From the NCBI GenBank assembly GCA_045588045.1, contig JAZNDJ010000070.1, forward strand, positions 17,190 to 81,189: DNA of 64,000 nucleotides, written 5' to 3'. Under the pieces are notes generated by a model. That model saw only the letters and a list, made by a program, of their open reading frames with translations. It was not told the DNA's origin and did no database searches. This DNA comes from Faecousia sp. (GTDB taxonomy: Bacteria; Bacillota; Clostridia; Oscillospirales; Oscillospiraceae). Shown here in pieces: positions 10,155 to 20,200 of this stretch (positions are counted from its first letter, which is position 1; each line of letters begins with the position of its first letter). Both the position numbers and the translations under genes were made by a program.

Positions 10155-10183
10155 ATTGTAGCACTATGCATTGTGTTTTGCAA
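10155..10183 (-). promoter_or_regulatory. SigA-type promoter of the aro leader/operon
   Basis: TTGCAA-N17-TACAAT on the minus strand. Confidence 0.75.
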
Positions 10184-10205
10184 GGGCAAATTGTATTTTC
10201 TGAGA

Positions 10206-10242
10206 GAAAAATGACAGGATGACCGGTTTGGCCATCCTGTCA
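10206..10242 (-). terminator. Terminator of the kinase gene
   Basis: TGACAGGATG(G)CC/GGTCATCCTGTCA hairpin followed by a T-run on the minus strand. Confidence 0.75.
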
Positions 10243-10247
10243 GGGGT

Positions 10248-13199
10248 TTATTTTATTGTGAAATTCTGTGTACCGGCCAGCGCGCCGTTAAAGTAAACGC
10301 TGACGGTGTAGGTTCCGGCTGTGCCGGGCAATGCGGGCAAATCAAATTCGCCGTAACCGTAGCTCCACATGGAACGCCAGCTTGCGGTTTGAGTGGCAGT
10401 GTTAACAACGTTGCCGGCACTATCACGGATCACGAACATCGTTGTTACCGACTGTGTTGTTGTGCTGTAATCATCCTGCAGACGGATCACAAAAGAGGCC
10501 TTCTCCCCAGCCTTGAAGGTGGTGGTATAGTCGGAGCTTGTCAGAGATTTATGGCTCCAGTTTGCATTAGAGGGGGTTTTGCACATTTTCAGAAGGATAT
10601 GTGCTTTTTTAATGCCATAATCATCAAAAGCCTTTGCATCAACGGTTGTGCAGGTTGCGCTGCCACCGATCACCGGATTTCCGTCCTTTACCTTCAGTGT
10701 AAATTCATAGTTTGCACCGGGGATCAGTGGGGAAACTGTGGCGGAATTTCCGGTGACACTCAGTTCTCTGGTAGGGGAGTTGTCAGCGCTGTACAGCAGA
10801 ACAAGCTTGCAGTCCTGCGATGTTGTGTTTGTAGTCCAGGACAGAGTGGCTTTTGTATTGCCCTCAAGCGTACACTTCATCTGGGAAACGGATACTGAAT
10901 TCTCAGGCACAGTGACTCGCTGGCTTTTACTCATGCCGGATGCCGTTACGTCGATCGTATACGGGTCTGCCTGTGTGATACCTGTAAAGGTTGCTGTGGT
11001 ATCGGTAGCAGTAACTGTTTTATCATAGCCCTTATCGTTATAGCACCGGACCGTCCAGCCGGAAACGGATGCGCCCTCAGGTGCAGACCACGCAACAGTC
11101 AGCTTTCCATCAAGCATTTCCGTAACCAACAGATTATCTGCAACCACACACTTGCTGGCAACATGACTGACCTTGGTCTCACCGGTAAAGAACAGGTTCT
11201 CCATAGGTGTCAGAACGAAATCATATGCGCTGCCCTCGGACAGACCAGGAATTTCGATCATGTGTCCTGTGAATATGACTTCCTTTGCGGCTTCATTCCC
11301 GGTATTGTAGGCAACCTTCCACTGTGCAGCATCCGGTCCGTCAACAGTGAAGCTGACCACAGCACTGCAATCCTCCTGCCCGGTTACAGCAGTTAAATTG
11401 CTGATACTTGTTTGCACAGGGGTCGAATATGCTGTTGTGGTGTCGCCGGTCAGACGGTGAAAGCCTTTGATTAGGACTTTTACTGTATAGGCCGAATCCG
11501 GAGCCAGGTCCGTAAAGACAGCCTTTCCGTCAACAACAGGAGCCGGAATCTGATTTCCGTAAGTGTCGACGCACACAACAGTCAGCAGTTCCTCGTTGAT
11601 TTCAGAGTTGACTTGTACTGTCAGCTGCGTTTTTTCTCCATCCAAAACAATGGAGTCGACCAGCTGGAGGTAGATGTTTTTATAGTAGAAGAATGCCGCG
11701 ACCAGAAGGGCCACAATAGCGGCAGCAATAATTAGGATCACCAGCCAGGGCTTCCGCCTTTTCCGGGGTGCTTCTTCAGCGATATCCTCCTCCGGATCAT
11801 ATGCTTCCGCGGGGGCATCTGCAACGGCAACCGTCACCTCTGATTCAGCATTGTTCAAAGCAGGATCTACGATCACCGTCTGAACAGCTACTTCGGTATC
11901 CGGTGTAGATTCTTCTGTGATGATTGGCAGAGGACCGGGAATAGGAACATCGATCGGCTCCGGTGGGATCACAGGATCTGGTGTCGGATGCGCCAGAATC
12001 GCATCTGCCCGACTAAGAATATCTGAAACTTCGACAGAAACCTGCTCAAATTCCATATCCTCAGAATCCATACCGGGAAGCGTCTCGTCCTCATCGCTAT
12101 CAGCTATGAAGGTGAGATTCCCCAGGTTGTCCTCAGTATAGACAGGCGCATTCACCGGCACTTCGTCTGTTTCAGTCAGCAAAGCATCTGCAGGCGACTC
12201 CAATTCGTCTGTCGGTTCAGATACATCCTCTTCTTGCGATTCGTCAGCGACGGAAATTTCGGGATCTGCAACAGCACACGCCGGTGTTTCAGTTTCGATA
12301 ACGGTTGGCGGAACAATTGGCGTATCATGGGCGCCATTACGCTGCATATAAGATACGAGTGCCTGTCCCATCTCAACAGGATCAGACCACCTGTCCTCTG
12401 GTGCATAGGAACAGGCCTTTAGAATGATCTCTGCCATTTCATAATCGGCATAATCCGGTGGAGGCAACGGCTGATCCGGATCAATGTTGGGAAGGATTCC
12501 GCCGTTGAATGCCTGGTACAGGATCATGCCCGCGGCAAATACGTCCATTGTAGTGTTCAGAGATGAAAATGCATCTTTGATTTCCGGCGCTGTGTACGCG
12601 CTGCGGTAACGGTCTGGCAAAGATGCATATTTCAGCGAATCCAGGCGGATAAAGCCAAGGTCACCGATACGGAAACCGTTGTCTGTCGTCAAATAAATAT
12701 TATCTGGCTTCAGATCAATATACATATATCCGCTTCGGCGGCACGCAGTCAGTGCGGCACACATATCAAGTCCCAAATTCAGCGCACCCAGGTGAGTCAT
12801 GGAATCCTTTCGGAAAGTCCGCTCCAGGGAATACTTATAGGTGCCAAGCAGATAAACGTCAAACCCGCTGTCATCATCCATCGGAACGACCTGGCAGCCG
12901 TCAAAAGGCATAAAGCCTTCCAATTCAGATAGTCTTTGCAGGACATTGACCTCATCAACGATGCCGTCAGTTATTTCTTTAAAATAGACTAATGCATCAG
13001 CCTTATCTTTATATGCACCGGTCAGTAGAAGCGCATCCAGCTGAGCAGCAGTGGCGGGTGTTGAAATAATTTTAACAATGTATTTTTTGCCTGTTTCTTC
13101 ATCCACCGCAGGACAGGTACGCACACCGCCACAGTCCCTGAACGGTTCGCCCATAATAAAATGATCCAGCATTGGCGAAATCAGTTTTATTTCTGACAC
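10248..13199 (-). CDS. Membrane Ser/Thr protein kinase-like protein with extracellular Fn3/Ig-like repeats
   Basis: VKII, YIDLKPDN, GDLG, YTAPE, DVFAAG kinase motifs; acidic linker; RKRRK + TM helix; beta-rich repeats (LTVAWSAP, LIPGANYEF). Confidence 0.8.
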   Translation of the reverse strand: MSEIKLISPMLDHFIMGEPFRDCGGVRTCPAVDEETGKKYIVKIISTPATAAQLDALLLTGAYKDKADALVYFKEITDGIVDEVNVLQRLSELEGFMPFDGCQVVPMDDDSGFDVYLLGTYKYSLERTFRKDSMTHLGALNLGLDMCAALTACRRSGYMYIDLKPDNIYLTTDNGFRIGDLGFIRLDSLKYASLPDRYRSAYTAPEIKDAFSSLNTTMDVFAAGMILYQAFNGGILPNIDPDQPLPPPDYADYEMAEIILKACSYAPEDRWSDPVEMGQALVSYMQRNGAHDTPIVPPTVIETETPACAVADPEISVADESQEEDVSEPTDELESPADALLTETDEVPVNAPVYTEDNLGNLTFIADSDEDETLPGMDSEDMEFEQVSVEVSDILSRADAILAHPTPDPVIPPEPIDVPIPGPLPIITEESTPDTEVAVQTVIVDPALNNAESEVTVAVADAPAEAYDPEEDIAEEAPRKRRKPWLVILIIAAAIVALLVAAFFYYKNIYLQLVDSIVLDGEKTQLTVQVNSEINEELLTVVCVDTYGNQIPAPVVDGKAVFTDLAPDSAYTVKVLIKGFHRLTGDTTTAYSTPVQTSISNLTAVTGQEDCSAVVSFTVDGPDAAQWKVAYNTGNEAAKEVIFTGHMIEIPGLSEGSAYDFVLTPMENLFFTGETKVSHVASKCVVADNLLVTEMLDGKLTVAWSAPEGASVSGWTVRCYNDKGYDKTVTATDTTATFTGITQADPYTIDVTASGMSKSQRVTVPENSVSVSQMKCTLEGNTKATLSWTTNTTSQDCKLVLLYSADNSPTRELSVTGNSATVSPLIPGANYEFTLKVKDGNPVIGGSATCTTVDAKAFDDYGIKKAHILLKMCKTPSNANWSHKSLTSSDYTTTFKAGEKASFVIRLQDDYSTTTQSVTTMFVIRDSAGNVVNTATQTASWRSMWSYGYGEFDLPALPGTAGTYTVSVYFNGALAGTQNFTIK

Positions 13200-13346
13200 A
13201 AATATCGCCTCCTTCTATGTATATCTTATATGATAAAATAAATTTACAAAAAAAGCAACATCTTTTGGTTGTTTTATTCTGCAGGAAATGTTATAATCGG
13301 TTTGGAAGAATTGTGCGAAAATTCGCACGAGTTTGGAGGTCATTGT

Positions 13347-14633
13347 ATGAGCAAGATTATTTGTGATGTTTGCGGCACATCCTACCCGGATACTGCGGCG
13401 CAGTGTCCGATTTGCGGTTGCGTCCGGGCTGCAGATGCACAACCTGTCGTCCTTGGTGAGACTGAAAACGAGATCCGGGACAACGGCACCTATACCTATG
13501 TTAAGGGCGGACGCTTCTCTAAGGCAAATGTCCGCAAGCGCAATAGTGCAAAACCCGCAGCCCCTGTTGTTACCCCTGAGGAAGCTCCGTCCGATAAGCC
13601 CGCCAATAAAGGTAAATCCGGCAAGGGCCTGGTCATTACCATTATTATCCTCTTGCTTGCGATACTTGCGGTACTGGCTTACATAGCAGTTCGCTTTGTT
13701 GTTCCGATTTTCTTTGACAACAATGGCGCTGAGACGGATCAAAAGGATCCTCCTGCCTCCGATATGGGAGATCAGACTGTTGCATGCACCGGCCTCAGCC
13801 TGTCTGATTATTCCATTGAGTTCACTGTGATGAACGATGTTTATACTCTGATTGCTACACCAGATCCTGTAGATACTACGGACACGATCCGTTTTGAATC
13901 TGCGGATGAAACCGTTGCCGTTGTGGATGCGGACGGCACAGTTTCTTCTATCGGAATTGGAGAAACTGTCATTACGGTATACTGTGGCGACCAAATTGCT
14001 GAATGCACAGTTACCTGTAACTTTGTGATCGAGGGCCTGGAACTCACTGCCGGAACCTATACATTTACCCAAAAGGGCGAAACCTGGAACTGCTATGCTG
14101 GTGCCCTTGATCCGTCGACCATTACCTGGACCTCCAGCGATGAATTGGTTGCAACAGTTGAAAACGGCGTAATTAAAGCTGTTGGCGCGGGCTTTGCAAC
14201 AATTTATGCAGAACTGGATGGCCAGGAGGTCACCTGCGACGTGGAATGTGCCGAATCTGTCGGGTCGGTGGATGTGTCGGATGACAGTACTGAGCCCACA
14301 ACCGCCCCTACAACTGTTCCGACAACAGCGCCTGTATCCTCAGCAGCCAATCCGAAGTATAAGTTCAACGTTGCTGCCGGAAATGATGTGACATTTAAGG
14401 TTGGCGACAAGCATAACCTGCGGCTTTTGGATGAAAATAAGAAAACGCTGACCGGCGTTAAGTTCACATCTAAAAACCAGAGCATCTGCACAATTACCGC
14501 AGAAGGCACGCTCAGCGCTGTGGGAAGCGGCTACACAACAGTAGTTGCTGTACATAACGGCGTATCCTATACCTGTAAGATCAGAGTTGTCGCACCGGCA
14601 CCGGCGACAACACCCACGACTGCATCCTATTAA
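13347..14633 (+). CDS. Zn-ribbon + TM + Ig-like (Big_2-type) repeat membrane protein
   Basis: CDVC..CPIC N-terminus; one TM; repeats like WTSSDELVATVENGVIKAVGAG; ATG at 13347 after GGAGG. Confidence 0.8.
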   Translation: MSKIICDVCGTSYPDTAAQCPICGCVRAADAQPVVLGETENEIRDNGTYTYVKGGRFSKANVRKRNSAKPAAPVVTPEEAPSDKPANKGKSGKGLVITIIILLLAILAVLAYIAVRFVVPIFFDNNGAETDQKDPPASDMGDQTVACTGLSLSDYSIEFTVMNDVYTLIATPDPVDTTDTIRFESADETVAVVDADGTVSSIGIGETVITVYCGDQIAECTVTCNFVIEGLELTAGTYTFTQKGETWNCYAGALDPSTITWTSSDELVATVENGVIKAVGAGFATIYAELDGQEVTCDVECAESVGSVDVSDDSTEPTTAPTTVPTTAPVSSAANPKYKFNVAAGNDVTFKVGDKHNLRLLDENKKTLTGVKFTSKNQSICTITAEGTLSAVGSGYTTVVAVHNGVSYTCKIRVVAPAPATTPTTASY

Positions 14634-14639
14634 GTATTT

Positions 14640-14666
14640 GCGGCGGTACCGAAATGGTACCGCCGC
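14640..14666. terminator. Hairpin between convergent genes
   Basis: GCGGCGGTACC-GAAAT-GGTACCGCCGC, 11-bp stem. Confidence 0.65.
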
Positions 14667-14676
14667 TGTTGCGTGA

Positions 14677-14883
14677 TTATTCTGCGTCAATTCGCTCCTT
14701 GCCTCTGCGAAACAGCAGGGTGATGCACCACAGGCCGGCAAGGCCGATGATGCCATAGATGATACGGCTGAAAACCGCATCCTGCCCGCCGAAGATCCAG
14801 GCAACCAGATCGAATTGAAACAGGCTTACAAGGCCCCAGTTGATTGAGCCAATAATGGAAAGGATCAATGCGATGGTATCCAA
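14677..14883 (-). CDS. DUF378 family small membrane protein (YuzA-like)
   Basis: IIGSINWGL..FQFDLVAWIFG..SRIIY.IIGLAG signature; TTG start after GGAGG. Confidence 0.88.
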   Translation of the reverse strand: MDTIALILSIIGSINWGLVSLFQFDLVAWIFGGQDAVFSRIIYGIIGLAGLWCITLLFRRGKERIDAE

Positions 14884-14914
14884 GGTGTTACCTCCATTCT
14901 GCTTTTGATATTCC

Positions 14915-14943
14915 TAGGATGGCCGTTACAATGGAAAGTATGC
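14915..14943 (-). promoter_or_regulatory. SigG-type (forespore) promoter of the DUF378 gene
   Basis: GCATA-N17-CATCCTA on the minus strand. Confidence 0.6.
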
Positions 14944-14969
14944 ACGATTTTTCTATATTGTGATTATAC

Positions 14970-14998
14970 TTGAAAATAAGTCATACATTCTGTATAAT
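14970..14998 (+). promoter_or_regulatory. SigA promoter of DUF1015-ispE
   Basis: TTGAAA-N17-TATAAT. Confidence 0.7.
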
Positions 14999-15026
14999 GT
15001 AGAAAAAATAATATGAGGTGACTATT

Positions 15027-16238
15027 ATGAAAAGTTCATTTATTCCAGCAAATATTTTGCTTCCAAAGGAAGCGGCCTATGAAAAGTGGTCTGTGATCGC
15101 CTGTGACCAATTTACATCTGACCGTGAATACTGGGATCGGGTAGAAAAGAGCACACAGGATGTTCCATCCACATTTAAACTCGTTTTTCCGGAAATTGAT
15201 TTGGAAAACGAACCCCAAAAGCGAATAAAGAAAATTTCAGAGACTATGTCTTCTTACATATCCGATGATGTTTTCCAGGAGTATCCAGCGGCATTTGTAT
15301 ATGTTGAGCGGACACTTCTAAACGGTTCGATCCGTCCTGGTATTGTGGGCATGGTGGACTTGGAGCAGTATCATTATGATCCTTCCCATAAACCGGCAAT
15401 TGGAGCAACAGAGCAGACCGTTCTGGAGCGCGTACCCCCGAGAATCGCCGTTCGTGCTGAGGCAGCACTGGAATTTCCGCACATTATTCTTTTCTGTAAT
15501 GACAGCAAGGACACTCTGATAAATCCGCTTGCTGCAATGAAGGAACAGCTCCCCAAGCTTTATGACTTTGATCTGATGGAGGGCGGCGGACACATTTCCG
15601 GCTGGCTTATCTCCGGTGAGCAAGCTGAGAAGCTCCTGGATAAGATCCAGTGCTATCAGGACAGCGCCAAGGGAACCGCTTTTTTGGTAGCGGATGGTAA
15701 CCATTCGCTGGTCACGGCAAAGTGCTGGTATGAGGAAGTAAAAAAGAACAATCCCGGTAAGGATATGTCTGCACATCCTGCAAGATATGCACTGGTTGAG
15801 TTGGAGAATATCCTAGATCCGTCTATTGATTTTGAACCGATACATCGCGTGATCTTTGAGACGGATACCCGTAAACTCCTTGCAGACATGCAGTCGATCT
15901 GCGCTCCGGGCGGCTGCCCCGTGTCATGGTTAATCGGAAAGGAAGCGGGTACCGTATATTTGGATGTTCCGGATGGCGAATTACCTGTGGCCGTTCTGCA
16001 GAAATTTTTGGATGAGTGGTTGAAGGTCAATCACGGCAAGATCGATTATGTACATGACACAGATGCGGTCGAAGCATTGGCTGCGCAGGATAACACAGTC
16101 GGACTGCTTCTGCCTGTATTTGATAAAGCGGCGCTGTTTGCCTTTGGCGCAGCAGGAAAGATATTGCCCAGAAAAACATTTTCTTTGGGCCACGGCCGGG
16201 AAAAGAGATACTATTTGGAAGGCAGAAAGATCAGATGA
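15027..16238 (+). CDS. DUF1015 domain protein
   Basis: WSVIACDQFTS, ATEQTV.ERVPPR, DGNHSL.TAK, LPRKTFS.G...KRYYLE. Confidence 0.85.
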   Translation: MKSSFIPANILLPKEAAYEKWSVIACDQFTSDREYWDRVEKSTQDVPSTFKLVFPEIDLENEPQKRIKKISETMSSYISDDVFQEYPAAFVYVERTLLNGSIRPGIVGMVDLEQYHYDPSHKPAIGATEQTVLERVPPRIAVRAEAALEFPHIILFCNDSKDTLINPLAAMKEQLPKLYDFDLMEGGGHISGWLISGEQAEKLLDKIQCYQDSAKGTAFLVADGNHSLVTAKCWYEEVKKNNPGKDMSAHPARYALVELENILDPSIDFEPIHRVIFETDTRKLLADMQSICAPGGCPVSWLIGKEAGTVYLDVPDGELPVAVLQKFLDEWLKVNHGKIDYVHDTDAVEALAAQDNTVGLLLPVFDKAALFAFGAAGKILPRKTFSLGHGREKRYYLEGRKIR

Positions 16239-17092
16239 CAACACTATACGAAGGTGCGTTTGCAAAACTGAATCTGACGTTGGATGTCCTCGGCAAGCGC
16301 CCGGACGGCTACCACGATCTAAGAAGTGTTATGCAAACGATCTCCATGCGTGATGATGTTCAGATAGATTTAGATACCGGTATGCCGTGGAGCCTTACGT
16401 GCACAGACGAAGGCATTCCCTGTGATGAGCGAAATCTGGCATGGAAAGCAGCGGAAGTATTCTTTAAGGCTGTTAATAAGGACCCAAATGGTTTGTCCAT
16501 CCAGATCACAAAACGAATACCAACAGAAGCTGGCCTAGGAGGAGGCAGTGCGGATGCTGCTGCCATTCTCCGTGCACTTAACCGTCACTATGGCAGTCCG
16601 TTTTCGATCCTTGCTCTTGCAGAGCTTGGTGCCCAGGTGGGCAGCGATGTGCCATTTTGTACTCTGTGCGGAACTGCTATGGTAGAAGGCAGGGGTGAGC
16701 AGCTACGCAAGCTGCCGGATATGCCCGACTGTGTTTTTGTTGTGTGTAAGCCTGCATTTTCTGTATCCACGCCGGAGCTGTACCGAAAACTGGATGAAAC
16801 AGTCATCGGTAAAAGGCCTGATAACCAAGCGATGGAGAATGCAATGCTGATGGGTGACTTGGGAAAGGTCGCGGAAAGCCTGTGTAATGTTTTCGATCCG
16901 GTTGTCACTGCAGAGCACTTGGAGATCAACTATATCAAGTCCATTTTTAACAGCTACGGCTCTCTTGGTCAGCAGATGACCGGCTCCGGCTCCGCCGTAT
17001 TTGGGATCCTGCCGAATTTTGAGTACGCGGCTGTCGTTTGCAATATGCTCAAGGAGAATTATCCGCAGATATATATTGCGAAACCCATTTGA
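16235..17092 (+). CDS. ispE: 4-diphosphocytidyl-2C-methyl-D-erythritol kinase
   Basis: AKLNLTL, GYHDL, IPTEAGLGGGSADAA, GSDVPF, MTGSGS. Confidence 0.96.
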   Translation: MTTLYEGAFAKLNLTLDVLGKRPDGYHDLRSVMQTISMRDDVQIDLDTGMPWSLTCTDEGIPCDERNLAWKAAEVFFKAVNKDPNGLSIQITKRIPTEAGLGGGSADAAAILRALNRHYGSPFSILALAELGAQVGSDVPFCTLCGTAMVEGRGEQLRKLPDMPDCVFVVCKPAFSVSTPELYRKLDETVIGKRPDNQAMENAMLMGDLGKVAESLCNVFDPVVTAEHLEINYIKSIFNSYGSLGQQMTGSGSAVFGILPNFEYAAVVCNMLKENYPQIYIAKPI

Positions 17093-17099
17093 TATGATA

Positions 17100-17131
17100 C
17101 CGCCCAAACTGATATGCTTCAGCTTGGGCGG
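17100..17131 (+). terminator. Hairpin after ispE
   Basis: CCGCCCAAACTGA/TCAGCTTGGGCGG inverted repeat; weak U-tail. Confidence 0.5.
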
Positions 17132-17209
17132 TTCTTGAATTGCGTTAAAATGTCCGGATTATCGAACATTTCCTATGTTATCCTTTTAAGTGATTAGGGG
17201 GCGGAACAG

Positions 17210-20200
17210 TTGCTGAATCTTGTAATCGGCACGGACTGGGTCAAAAACCGTGCATACATCCTGGATCTGATTGCGCAGGATGTGAAGAACCAAAAAGGCG
17301 GCAGGATTTTGATGGTGCCCGAACCCATCAGCCATGACAGCGAGCGGCGTTTGTGTGCTGCAGCAGGGGATACAACCAGCCGTTTTGCGGAGGTCTTGTC
17401 CTTTACCCGTTTGGCTCGACGCGTTGCAGACGATCGTGACCGGGCTGAATATGCGTGTTTGGACAATGGCGGCCGTATCGTGGCGATGGCGGCGGCTGTT
17501 CAGCAGGTACAAAGCCAATTGAAATCCTATGCCTCCCTTGGAACGCGGCCCGAATTCCTGTTGGGATTGGTTGAAACAGTCGATGAATTTAAACGTTGCT
17601 GTATTACATCCAAGGATCTGCGCATTGCCTCAGAACAATCCACCGGGGTTCTTGCCCAAAAACTGGAAGAGCTATCTCTTATTTTTGAAAGCTACGATGC
17701 TGTGTGCTACAGAGGTAAGCGGGATCCGAGAGATCAGCTGACATGGCTATTGGAGGAGCTGGAGGAAGGCGGCTACAGCCAAACACATACCTTTTATTTT
17801 GATGGCTTCCCCGATTTCTCCAGCCAACAGATGGCGATTCTTGAACATCTGATATGCTGCTGTCCGGATCTCACAGTAAGCTTGACCTGTGACAGGATCG
17901 GAAGTACTCAGATGGCTTTTGAGAGGGCAGGAAATACCGCGTTTACACTATGTGAGATCGCAAAAAAATGTGGTATTAAGGTCACGGTCAAGCAGATTGA
18001 TGGCGAGGTTGCTGAATTAAAGCAGGTTTCCTGCCACCTTTTCCAGGGTGAAACAGAGCTGAAAGCAAAAAGTCTTCAGTTATATCGCAGCGAATCAGTC
18101 TATCAAGAGTGCATTTCGGCTGCAGAACGGATTCTTTCTCTTGTTCACAGCGGTTCAAGATATCGTGATGTGAGTGTTGTGTGTGCTGATTTCGCAGGCT
18201 ATCGCAATGTTATCCGTTCCGTGTTTGTGAGGTGTGGTATTCCGCTTTATTTATCCGGTACAGAGCAGATTCTGGAGCGTTCTGTGGTTGCGACTGTTCT
18301 GTCTGCAATCGATACAGCGATCAGTGGATTTGAACAGAAGGATGTCCTTCGGTATATGAAAACATCTCTGTCTCCGTTGGATCTGGATACCAGCGACACC
18401 CTGGAGAATTACGCAATACTTTGGGGCATCTCGGGCAGAGAATGGACAAGAGAATGGTCACACCATCCAAAGGGTCTGGGTGAAAAATGGAATGATTCTG
18501 CAACTGCTGAAATTAGACAGATCAATTCTGCACGACTGCAAATCATTGAACCTTTGGACAGGCTTCGCAACGGATTGTTGTCTGCAAAAAATGTAGCACA
18601 GCTCATTGAAGCGCTGTATGCCTTTTTTGAGGAGATACAGCTTGCCAGCCAGTTGCGCGAGATGGCCGGTAACCTGGAGGAACAGGGCAACAGCCGCGAG
18701 GCACAGATCCTGAACCAGCTCTGGGAGATCCTGTTGACGGCACTGGAGCAAATGTATGATGTGCTGGGCGGGTACGCCTGGGCACCGGATCTGTTTACCC
18801 GGCTGTTTAAGCTGCTGTTAAGTCAATATGATGTGGGCACGATCCCTGCCACACTGGACTCTGTTACGGTCGGTTCTGTTAATGCCATGCGATGTCATGA
18901 AACAAAGCATTTATTTGTCCTGGGGGCGTCTGAGGGCTTCCTGCCAGCTTACGGCACAGCATCCGGCGTTCTGTCTGAGAAAGAGCGCACAGCACTTCAA
19001 TCCCTGGGACTGCACCTGGCCGGCGGCGCCGCGGACGGTCTGCAAACGGAATTCACAAACATCTACACTGTATTTTCTGGAGCACAGGACTCCGTTACTG
19101 TTAGTTGTCCGGCCGGTCAGCCGTCATTTGTATTCAGACGTTTAATGAAAATGGCTGCATCGGAAGAAAATGTGACGATGACTGTTGGACCGGCTTTGGT
19201 CGATCGTACGGAGGCTGCCGCATATCTGATTCGAAATGGCACATCTGCTGCTCCGGGTATGCTGGATTTGGGAGAAGCGTTTGAATCCATTTTGCGTAAG
19301 CGGACCTATACTCTCGGCACAGTATCTGCGGACCATATTCGTTCTTTATACGGCAGAAAGCTGCGTTTGTCCGCATCGCAGGTGGATAAACAGGCAGATT
19401 GCAGATTTGCTTATTTTCTGCGCTACGGATTGGGCGTAAAGGAACGCAAGACTGTCAGTGTAGACCCTGCGGAATTTGGCACCTATGTCCATGCTGTGTT
19501 GGAAAAAACGGTTGCCGATGTGATGCAAATGGGTGGCTTTAAAAATGTTTCTGTGGAGCAGACGCTTACTATTGCGCAATCTTACTCGGATGCCTATACT
19601 GCCGAGCGGTTTAGTGAGCTGGAGACACAGCGGATGAGCTACCTATTTAAACGTAACAGTCATGAGCTTGCCATGATCGTGCGGGAACTGTGGTGCGAAT
19701 TAAATGAATCGGAGTTTGAGCCGGTGTTCTTTGAGCTTCAATTTGGTGATGACGGCGCAGTGCCAGCGATTCCAATTAACGGAAGGATGATCGACGCGCA
19801 GCTTCGCGGCTTTGTAGACCGGGTAGATATATGGCGCAGGGACGGTAAGGATTATTTTCGCGTTGTTGACTATAAAACTGGCGCAAAGGACTTTGATTAT
19901 TGCGATGTCTTTAATGGCCTTGGTTTGCAGATGTTGCTGTATTTATTCGCGCTTGAGGAGAAGGGCATCGATTTGATCGGCGCGCAGCCTGTACCCGCCG
20001 GCGTGCAGTACTTTCCTGCCAGAGCACCTATGGTTTCAGCTGACGGATACCTAGATGATGCGCAGGCTGCTGCTGTGCGAAATAAGATTTGGAAACGAAA
20101 AGGCCTGGTCCTGCGTGATGAACAGGTGCTGGAGGCTATGGAGCCCGGGGATACACCGTTACGCCTGCCGTACACACGAAAAAAGGACGGCACTCTGTCC

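Noticed and set aside
17163-17180. LexA (Cheo) box before addB
   Set aside because: Only the CGAAC half-site is present; no GTTCG at 4-nt spacing.
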